In this document: piece after piece, positions 9,332-16,922 of the stretch
Position numbering within the stretch: the first letter of the stretch is position 1
How the letters are laid out: each line of letters begins with the position of its first letter
Source: Eubacteriaceae bacterium
Lineage (GTDB): Bacteria; Bacillota; Clostridia; Eubacteriales; Anaerofustaceae
Reading direction: 5' to 3'
Length of the DNA: 64,000 nucleotides
Assembly (NCBI GenBank): GCA_009782515.1
Contig: WRIY01000005.1
Location: 812-64,811, forward strand
The notes under the pieces: generated by a model
What the model was told of the DNA's origin: nothing
What the model saw: the letters and a program-made list of their open reading frames with translations, nothing else
Databases searched by the model: none
Made by a program: the position numbers and the translations under genes

Positions 9332-10843
9332 ATGCAGAGCAATAACATAGAGTATATCGTCGAAATGGATGATATCTACAAATCATTCTCAGGCGTACAC
9401 GCTTTGTCAGGAGCAAGCTTTAGCTTAAAGCCGGGCGAAGTGCATGCCCTTCTGGGGGAAAATGGCGCTGGCAAGTCAACACTTATGAAAATTCTTGGCG
9501 GCGATGTGCAAAGGGACTCAGGCAGCGTGCTCATTAATGGCGTTGATCCTGGCGCATTAACTCCACGCAAAGCCCAAGACATCGGCATTGCGCTTACACA
9601 CCAGGAAATATCGCTATGCTCTGATCTGAGTGTTGCGCAAAATATATTCCTTGGAAGGGAACCAAAGAAATACGGGCTTCTTGACAACAGGAAGGCTGTA
9701 GCGCTCGCTACAGAGATTCTTGAAGGAATGAACCTTGACATAGATCCTAACAGCCTTGTCAGGGATCTGAAGCTATCCCGCCAGCAAATGGTTGAAATAG
9801 CAAAAGCTCTGTCAAAAGATGCAAAGTGCATAATATTGGACGAGCCTACTTCAGCACTGGCTACAAAGGAGATCGATGAACTCTTTAAGATGATCCAAAC
9901 CCTTAAAGGCCAAGGAAGAGGCATTGCATATATCTCACACAGGCTTGAAGAGCTGAGCTATATTGCTGACAGAGTGACAATCCTGCGGGATGGCAAACAC
10001 ATAGAAACGAGAAACTACTCAGAATTTACCCTCAATGAAATCATTTCGCTTATGGTTGGCAGGGAGATAACTGAAAAATACCCTCACGTTGACGCGCCTT
10101 TAGGCGACACCGTGCTGGAAGCTATAAACCTGAACGCCGGCCGGCTTGTCAGGAACATAAGCTTTAAAGCGCGAGCTGGAGAGATTGTTGGAATTGCAGG
10201 CCTTGTTGGCGCTGGAAGGACAGAGCTGACAAGGGCTATTTTCGGCGCAGACAAAAAGCAGACTGGGGAGATAAAGGTAAATGGCGCGATCGCAAGCGTT
10301 AAGTCGCCTGTTGACGCCAAGCAAAAGGGAATAGTGCTGGTGCCGGAGGACCGAAAGCGCGATGGCCTTTGCACGAAGCTTTCAATCCGCCAAAACGCAA
10401 GCCTGCCGAACCTGGATCTTCTCGGAAAGCTGGGGATTGTGGTAAAGGCAAGGGAGAAGAAGCTGGCAAATGACACTAAAGACGCCCTAATGATTAAGGC
10501 ATCTTCTATCGAAGACGATGCATCCAGCTTAAGCGGGGGAAACCAGCAAAAGCTTGTTGTTGGCAAATGGCTTGCCAGGGATTCGAAAGCAATGATATTT
10601 GATGAGCCTACAAGAGGAATCGACGTAGGCGCAAAAGTTGAGATTTACAATATTATGAACCGCCTTAAGCTTCAAGGCATTGGAATTATATTCGTATCAT
10701 CAGAAATGCAGGAAATTCTCGGCATGTCAGACCGGATCATTGTGATGTGCGATGGAAGGATAACCGGGGAGCTCTCCAGGCAGGAAGCAACTCAGGAAAA
10801 GATACTCGATCTGGCAACTCAATTTGAGAGCAAAGCTATATAG
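9332..10843 (+). CDS. Sugar ABC transporter ATP-binding protein (two ABC domains, RbsA/MglA-like)
   Basis: Walker A is GENGAGKST. Signature motifs are LSRQQMVEIA and LSGGNQQKLVV. Walker B is IILDEPT and MIFDEPT. Confidence 0.9.
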   Translation: MQSNNIEYIVEMDDIYKSFSGVHALSGASFSLKPGEVHALLGENGAGKSTLMKILGGDVQRDSGSVLINGVDPGALTPRKAQDIGIALTHQEISLCSDLSVAQNIFLGREPKKYGLLDNRKAVALATEILEGMNLDIDPNSLVRDLKLSRQQMVEIAKALSKDAKCIILDEPTSALATKEIDELFKMIQTLKGQGRGIAYISHRLEELSYIADRVTILRDGKHIETRNYSEFTLNEIISLMVGREITEKYPHVDAPLGDTVLEAINLNAGRLVRNISFKARAGEIVGIAGLVGAGRTELTRAIFGADKKQTGEIKVNGAIASVKSPVDAKQKGIVLVPEDRKRDGLCTKLSIRQNASLPNLDLLGKLGIVVKAREKKLANDTKDALMIKASSIEDDASSLSGGNQQKLVVGKWLARDSKAMIFDEPTRGIDVGAKVEIYNIMNRLKLQGIGIIFVSSEMQEILGMSDRIIVMCDGRITGELSRQEATQEKILDLATQFESKAI

Positions 10844-10870
10844 GGGATAGTTTCGAAAGGAAAGGATACA

Positions 10871-11890
10871 TTGGGCAAATTTCTATCAAGGCTGCTTAGG
10901 TCAAAAAGCTCAGGGCAAGTCGCCATTATGGCTGGCTTCCTTGTTGCTATGGTGGTGGCTTTTCAAATGCTTAACCCGAAATTTTTGGGAGAGCGCAACA
11001 TACCCATACTTCTCAGGCAAATATCGCCTTTCATTATAGCAGGGATCGGCCAGTCATACGTGCTCCTAACAGGAAACATAGATCTCTCAATAGGCTCAGT
11101 TATTGGCATGAGCTGTATGGCATCAGCAACCCTGATGTCAGTGAAGGGCATTGATCCCCTTCTCGCAAGCATCCTGGCTATTGCGCTCAGCCTGATTGTT
11201 GGCCTGGCAAACGGGCTGCTTGTGTCCAGCTGCAAACTGCCCCCTTTTATCGCCACTCTAGGCACGATGACTATTGCCAGAGGCATTGCCCAGCTTGTGA
11301 ACAACGGAAAGAACACTGGCCCCATTACAAAGCCGCTGTCAGCAACAGATGCTGCGCAGATTGAAGCATTCGCCCAGAAGGCGCAAAAATTCGCAAGCTT
11401 CTTTTACTATGGCAAGTTTGGGCCTTTGTATTACAGCCTGTTTATAGCAATAGGCATATGGGCTGTGTTTGACTTTATTCTTTCGAATACAGCAACAGGC
11501 AGGCATATTTATGCTGTTGGAAGCAATGCTGAAGCTGCAAGAATGTCTGGAGTCAATGTCGAGGCAACCGTTATCAAAGCTTATGTCATTTCATCGTTTT
11601 GCGCAGGAATAATAGGCCTTATACAATGCGCCCAGAGCGGACAGGGCTCAATGAACGCAGGAACATCATATGAGCTGTATGCAGTTGCAGCATCAGTAAT
11701 TGGCGGCATCAGCACGCTTGGCGGGCAGGGAATTCTTATCGGGACAGTAATCGGCGCTAGCATTTGGGCAGCGCTTGCTAACGGGCTATCGCTAGCAAAA
11801 GTGCCTTTAGCGCTTCAAAATATAATAGTCGGCATCATCGTGATCATAAGCGTCCTTTCAGATGTGGTGATCCGAAGAAGGCATGATTAG
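10871..11890 (+). CDS. Sugar ABC transporter permease (RbsC-like)
   Basis: The protein is polytopic and hydrophobic, with TGNIDLSIGS, RHIYAVGSN..AARMSGVNV and GGISTLGGQG. It uses a TTG start. Confidence 0.9.
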   Translation: MGKFLSRLLRSKSSGQVAIMAGFLVAMVVAFQMLNPKFLGERNIPILLRQISPFIIAGIGQSYVLLTGNIDLSIGSVIGMSCMASATLMSVKGIDPLLASILAIALSLIVGLANGLLVSSCKLPPFIATLGTMTIARGIAQLVNNGKNTGPITKPLSATDAAQIEAFAQKAQKFASFFYYGKFGPLYYSLFIAIGIWAVFDFILSNTATGRHIYAVGSNAEAARMSGVNVEATVIKAYVISSFCAGIIGLIQCAQSGQGSMNAGTSYELYAVAASVIGGISTLGGQGILIGTVIGASIWAALANGLSLAKVPLALQNIIVGIIVIISVLSDVVIRRRHD

Positions 11891-11950
11891 GCGATTGTTG
11901 GGCGTAATGCTTTACAATAAATACATTAATGTTTTTAGAGAGGAAAAAAC

Positions 11951-12928
11951 ATGAAAAAAAATCTATTAGCTGTTTTGTTGGCTGGGCTGTTTCTATTTGC
12001 AGCAGCATGCACCCCATCCAGCAATAACAACAACACGACACAAGGCGGCGATGAAGGGGAAACCTATACAATCTACCTTGTAACAATGGATAGGATGGAC
12101 CAGCATTGGAACTCAGTCCAGGAGGGATGCCTAAGGGCTGCTGGCGAAATTGAAGCCGCAAGCGGCGACAAGATCGAATTTGTGTGGGATGCTCCGCAGG
12201 ATGGCAAGGAAGACGGGCCTCAGGTTGAGATCATCAACAATGCAGTTGCTGCTGAAGCCGATGTGATTCTGCTTGCAGCACACTCTGCTGATGGCCAGCT
12301 CGGCGCTATAACAGCCGGTGACGAGGCAGGGGTAAAATTCATTTATGTTGACTCGCCGGCAAGCTGGCAAGGTGCGCTTCAGACAATCAAAACTGACAAT
12401 GAAGCAGCAGGCACCCAGGCTGGCGAAGCAATGCTTGCAAAACTCACAGAGCTTGAAATTACTGAAGGCCAGATCGGCGTTGTAAGCCCTGATGCCGGAT
12501 CAGAGTCCGTTGTTGCCCGTGACGCAGGTTTCCGCAAAGCTTTCGAGGGGACAAGCTTCGAAATACTTGAGACTCAATACGGCGAAGGAAAGGCCGACTT
12601 GTCTCAGAACAAAGCGGAAGATTTTATCACCTCAGGGGTTGTTGGGCTGTTCGGAGCAAATGAAGGCAGCGCTGTAGGCGTAGCCAATGCAATCAAAGAG
12701 TCAGGCCAGAGTGTAGTCGGCGTTGGATTTGACACTAGCGCTACAGTGCTCACAGCCATCGAAGAAGACATACTTATCGGAACTATGGCACAGAATCCAA
12801 AAGAGATGGGCTACCTAGGCTTAAAGAGTGCCTATGAATACCTAAAGAATGGAACCGATCCTAATCCAAAGCTTCTGGACTCAGGAGCAACTATGGTGAC
12901 CAAAGCCAATTTGGCAGATTTCAAATAG
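11951..12928 (+). CDS. Sugar-binding lipoprotein (periplasmic-binding-protein type I, RbsB-like)
   Basis: The signal peptide has a lipobox (LFLFAAAC) followed by an N/T/G-rich linker. The PBP-like body includes KIEFVWDAPQDG and GVGFDTS. Confidence 0.85.
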   Translation: MKKNLLAVLLAGLFLFAAACTPSSNNNNTTQGGDEGETYTIYLVTMDRMDQHWNSVQEGCLRAAGEIEAASGDKIEFVWDAPQDGKEDGPQVEIINNAVAAEADVILLAAHSADGQLGAITAGDEAGVKFIYVDSPASWQGALQTIKTDNEAAGTQAGEAMLAKLTELEITEGQIGVVSPDAGSESVVARDAGFRKAFEGTSFEILETQYGEGKADLSQNKAEDFITSGVVGLFGANEGSAVGVANAIKESGQSVVGVGFDTSATVLTAIEEDILIGTMAQNPKEMGYLGLKSAYEYLKNGTDPNPKLLDSGATMVTKANLADFK

Positions 12929-13015
12929 CTAATACAGACAAAAGGCTATTAAAAGTAAGATGGGCTGATGCAAAAGGCCCTCTTTTCAAGCAATTTATGC
13001 GAAGTGCATAATCTA

Positions 13016-13047
13016 CAAGGATGAGAGCGAATTCTCATCCTTGTTTT
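13016..13047 (+). terminator. Rho-independent terminator after the ABC operon
   Basis: A perfect 11-bp stem (CAAGGATGAGA / TCTCATCCTTG) with a 6-nt loop, followed by TTTT. Confidence 0.7.
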
Positions 13048-13104
13048 GGCTGCTGCTTGTTTCGCCTGCACAGGCAGCATGCCAAATGCTCTAAGGAGAA
13101 AGCT

Positions 13105-13914
13105 ATGAACAAAGCGAATAGCCATAAAAAACTGCCTGCCCAGGCAATAGCAGCAATTTTTGTTTTTGCTGTTTTAATTGCATTGGCGTTTGCGTGGGCT
13201 GTTTTTGCAGATGTTATCATACTGCGCAAAACCGAAGGCTTAGGCGGGGCAGAGCGCGCTATTTCGATTTTATATGTTGGTGACAGCTTTATTTTTGTCG
13301 GCGGGCTCCCAAGGCAGCTGCAAGCGATTGCCAGGGCCAGCGGCATTGATACATCCTATAAAGATATTTCAAGGCACGCAAACCGCGGAGGCACCCTGAA
13401 AGAGAACATGGAAAATGCAATTAGGGAGTTGCAAAGCGGCAGATATAGCTACATTGTCATTCATGATCAGAATAGGAAGTCTCTTAGCGACATCGAAGGC
13501 CTGCTCGCAGATATACAAACACTGTGCAATGCTGCTGTTGAAAATGGGGCCATACCAGTGCTATATGATTTTGCAGGAATTGCAGCACACGGCAAGCCTG
13601 ATGAAGAGCGCCTAAGCATTTCTATTAATGCATACAGGCAAGCTGCAAATAGCAATAATGCCATTTTAGTCAGGGCTGCCGAGGCCTGGGTTTACGCATA
13701 TCAAGCGATGCCGGAAATTTCACTGTACACCAGGTTTGACCCTCGCGGCCTTCACCCAAGCAGGGCGGGAGGGTTTATGAGTGCATGCGTTTTTGCTGCT
13801 GAAGTGTTTGGCATACAAGTAACACAGATGCCAAAAGGCAGCATATATACAGGCAGTGACGCTCTCGGCCTTGCACAGGCTGCATGGGATTTCGCCAGCT
13901 TGCCTCGGGAGTGA
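13105..13914 (+). CDS. Membrane-anchored SGNH/GDSL-type hydrolase
   Basis: AAGGAG lies 6 nt before the ATG at 13105, and the track's 13021 start would lie inside the terminator hairpin. There is an N-terminal TM segment, block I ILYVGDSF, and a C-terminal DPRGLHPS (DxxH). Confidence 0.65.
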   Translation: MNKANSHKKLPAQAIAAIFVFAVLIALAFAWAVFADVIILRKTEGLGGAERAISILYVGDSFIFVGGLPRQLQAIARASGIDTSYKDISRHANRGGTLKENMENAIRELQSGRYSYIVIHDQNRKSLSDIEGLLADIQTLCNAAVENGAIPVLYDFAGIAAHGKPDEERLSISINAYRQAANSNNAILVRAAEAWVYAYQAMPEISLYTRFDPRGLHPSRAGGFMSACVFAAEVFGIQVTQMPKGSIYTGSDALGLAQAAWDFASLPRE

Positions 13915-13996
13915 AGCCCCATTGCCCAAAACAATAATTCCAAGGCCAGCAGCGCATTATCGTTTCAAAACGCGCAATTACAATAGCCATTGCGCG

Positions 13997-14018
13997 AAAA
14001 AACCCCTGCTAAGCGGGG
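13997..14018 (-). terminator. Probable terminator of the zinc-ribbon/ACS-like bicistron
   Basis: On the minus strand, a CCCGC(U)... hairpin (plus-strand CCCTGC-TAA-GCGGGG, 6 bp including one G-U pair) is followed by T6. Confidence 0.5.
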
Positions 14019-14092
14019 TTTAGGCGTGGCTTGTACTTTAAGTGCCAGTATAAAAAACGGGAGCAAAGGCACATATAATCCACGATTGGCGG

Positions 14093-16177
14093 CTATACGA
14101 GAATCGGCATTGTGGAAACCGGGTGCTTTGTGTCCTGAAGGTGCCTCTTTAGCTCCTCAAGCGTCACGCCAATGCTTTCATCGCATATCATTTCAGCGAA
14201 ATCCTCTATGCCGGTAAGCTCTTTGGCTCTTAAGTTTATTTCATCCCTGTATTCGTCTTTTAGCGATTTTGGCATCCAAACAACTCTTATAATGCCCCCT
14301 TCCGGCTGCAAATACTTTTTTGAGGCAATATAGCTTTTGCTGTGCCCCATTGCGCCAGGCGCCTGTTTCGCAGCGCTCGCCATAAACGCCAGCTCTGAAA
14401 AGCGCAGCCCCATGGGCGTAGCTCCGGAGTAGTCTTTGGGAACAGCAAGCACGCCGCTGGTAGACGGCTCAACTGCGCTAATGCACTCAAAGGCGCCAAT
14501 AGAAGGCATCGGATCCTGCATCAGCGAATAGATTGCCACATTCTTATAGCCTTTTTCAAGAGTGGCATCAACTTCAGCATACCTTCCCAGCAGGGCATCA
14601 GACGCCTCCCCTTTTGCTATGGCCATAATTGAAGGCGAGTTGCCTTTTGAGAGGGCGTGCTCTGAGTAAGCGCTATAGTAGTCAACAGCGCCGCATATGC
14701 CGGGCTTTTCGGGAGTAATAGCGCAAAAATGCGAACTCTGGTATTTGCGGCAAGCAGTGCAGGCATAAAAGAGCTTCACATTCTCGTCAGTAAGCTCACT
14801 AAGCCTTTCTGAACGTATTTTCGTTAATGGCGCTGCCACATTTGCCTCAATATTCTCAGACAGGCTCTGCTCAGTAATTATTGTTACCCGGCACTTAGAA
14901 ACGATATCTCCATATTCTTTTATCACCTGGCTGTATATCGACTGGCCAAGTGACTCATCTGTAAATCCTTTGTCATAAGCAGCCTTGCTAATGCGCAAGG
15001 TCGCTGAGCCAAAGTTCATGCTTAGGCTAACCCCTTCTATGCGATTAATCCATATGCTTAGCTGTTTTTCAGCGAATAGTTCAAACTCGTGCTCAATATT
15101 GGGGCCATGGCACTCTACCAGGATTGAAAGGCTTGAGCCATCTATAAGCCCATACCCCTTTGTTTCGACCTGGCTGTTGCCCGGCCAGTCGCTTCTGCTA
15201 AAAAAGAGCAAAAAGCCTGAATTTTCAGGCCATCCCAGCTGGGCATGCAGCTCGCCAGGCATAACTGCTTCATTCTGAAATGACGGGGAGTATGCATTTG
15301 CAGCAAAGCTTTCGCGCTCTACAGCCTCAATTCCACGAAGCCTGAATGAAATATCAGCCATCTTGCCTATGCCGTTTGAGCTCTCATAAGCTGTTGGCAC
15401 ATATGCTGAGCCGAGGCCTGCTTCAGCTATAGCCGGAAAGCCAAGCGCCATACAGCTCGCAGCGCAAGCAGCAGCAATCCCCGAAACCTCTCCGAGAATG
15501 TTTAAAAAAACAGGCAAAGAGCTTTTTGAAAAGCTGAAAAGGGAGCTTATGCTGCCGCCTGAAGATTCGCTGAAAATTTCAGCAAAGCGAAGGATTGCAG
15601 CAAATGCTTGTGAGCATGAGGCAAATGAAAAAACCCGATACTCTTTTCCGCCCTTTATTGAGCAGTTTTTTGCTTGGCCTGCAGCGCTGCCGGCCAAAAA
15701 AACAACAGCGCCGCTTTCCTGGTACTTCCGCACTAAGCCTTCAAACGCCTTATCGTCTTTAGTTTGGCCTATTATTAGCGCAATAGCAGGCACATCGCCT
15801 CTGGCAAGAGGGACTGCCAGATCCCTTATATCTGCGTCGGGCATATAGTTAAGGCTGAATGCCTCGGCATCATCCATATGCTCCAGTGCTTGAAGCGACT
15901 CAAGCCACAACAAAGCATACAAGCCCTCGTTGAAAGCAGATCCCAAGGCTCCTTCAGCTGGCATTATTTCCGGTTTTTCATACAAAGCTTTTTGTAGATC
16001 GCTTAGGTCTAAAACACTGATTCCTCTAAGGGCATGCATAAGCTGCAGAGTATATGGAAGGCGTGCTTCAAATCCATGCTTTTCGGCTGCATTGCCCAAA
16101 GCTTCCTGTGCTTGGCTGAGCAGCAAGGCTGACTCGCTTGCAGCCAAATCCTCTAATACACTCACGGCCCGCCTCAA
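14093..16177 (-). CDS. Acetyl-CoA synthase (AcsB/CdhC-family) paralogue lacking the Cys-Gly-Cys Ni ligands
   Basis: It aligns along its full length with the canonical AcsB at 33982-36120. It keeps CTACRKYQSSHFCAITPEKPGIC and GHSKSYIASKKYLQPEGGIIRVVWMPK, but the CGC position reads IGA (14492-14500). The start is non-ATG: the TTG at 16177, or the GTG at 16165 with GAGG upstream. Confidence 0.85.
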   Translation of the reverse strand: MRRAVSVLEDLAASESALLLSQAQEALGNAAEKHGFEARLPYTLQLMHALRGISVLDLSDLQKALYEKPEIMPAEGALGSAFNEGLYALLWLESLQALEHMDDAEAFSLNYMPDADIRDLAVPLARGDVPAIALIIGQTKDDKAFEGLVRKYQESGAVVFLAGSAAGQAKNCSIKGGKEYRVFSFASCSQAFAAILRFAEIFSESSGGSISSLFSFSKSSLPVFLNILGEVSGIAAACAASCMALGFPAIAEAGLGSAYVPTAYESSNGIGKMADISFRLRGIEAVERESFAANAYSPSFQNEAVMPGELHAQLGWPENSGFLLFFSRSDWPGNSQVETKGYGLIDGSSLSILVECHGPNIEHEFELFAEKQLSIWINRIEGVSLSMNFGSATLRISKAAYDKGFTDESLGQSIYSQVIKEYGDIVSKCRVTIITEQSLSENIEANVAAPLTKIRSERLSELTDENVKLFYACTACRKYQSSHFCAITPEKPGICGAVDYYSAYSEHALSKGNSPSIMAIAKGEASDALLGRYAEVDATLEKGYKNVAIYSLMQDPMPSIGAFECISAVEPSTSGVLAVPKDYSGATPMGLRFSELAFMASAAKQAPGAMGHSKSYIASKKYLQPEGGIIRVVWMPKSLKDEYRDEINLRAKELTGIEDFAEMICDESIGVTLEELKRHLQDTKHPVSTMPILV

Positions 16178-16740
16178 TCAAAGCTTTCGCCGCACTCAGG
16201 GCATTCTGTTGATCCAAGAGGGGCAAGTTTGTGGCAGTATGGGCACACATTTATCTGCACCGGCTCGCTCTCATACTCATCTTCGTCCTCAGCCCGGATG
16301 TCGCTTATGTTTGTATTGCAGTAAGTGCAAAACATAAGCTCAGAGTTTACCGGCTTTGAGCAAATGGGGCAAATTGCCTCTCTTGATGAAGTCCCGGAGT
16401 AAACATCAGCAACTTTTGTTCCGCAATCGCTGCAGTATTTCATATCAGTTGAGAGCTTGGCTCCGCACTCCCTGCATACGCCATGCACTTTTAGCGCAGA
16501 CATCTTGTCTTTTATAATTTCTATCTCAGTAGCAGCCTGCTTAGCCTTTAGAACATATGCAGCAAGCTCTGCATCAGCAACATCACCCTCAAGCGATTTG
16601 AGGTATTTTTCACCCAAATCTCTATACGCTCTTCTTAGCGCGTATTCTGCATTCTTCAGATCAGCGGTAGCTATCGAAAAATCTATTGTATTTTTGCCTT
16701 GCTGCGCTATCCTTCTTGCTAAGCCATCTAAAAAGGCCAT
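16174..16740 (-). CDS. Coiled-coil protein with three CxxC-x10-CxxC zinc ribbons
   Basis: GGAGG lies 5 nt before the ATG at 16740. The N-terminal ~90 aa form a charged helical region. The three ribbons are CRECGAKLSTDMKYCSDCG, CPICSKPVNSELMFCTYCN and CPYCHKLAPLGSTECPECG. The stop codon overlaps the start of the ACS-like gene. Confidence 0.75.
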   Translation of the reverse strand: MAFLDGLARRIAQQGKNTIDFSIATADLKNAEYALRRAYRDLGEKYLKSLEGDVADAELAAYVLKAKQAATEIEIIKDKMSALKVHGVCRECGAKLSTDMKYCSDCGTKVADVYSGTSSREAICPICSKPVNSELMFCTYCNTNISDIRAEDEDEYESEPVQINVCPYCHKLAPLGSTECPECGESFD

Positions 16741-16922
16741 TTCCACCTCCAGCATTGGCAGTCCGGTATTGCAAAGCCAATCTCTTTATATTATATCATT
16801 GCAGTTTCGCCAAGAAAACATTAGGCACGAGGCAAAAGCTGCGCTGCAATAGTGTTATAAGTAGCCAATTAAGCGTGCTTTATTATGAAAAATTGCTATA
16901 ATTATGATCAAAGAGGATTTAT

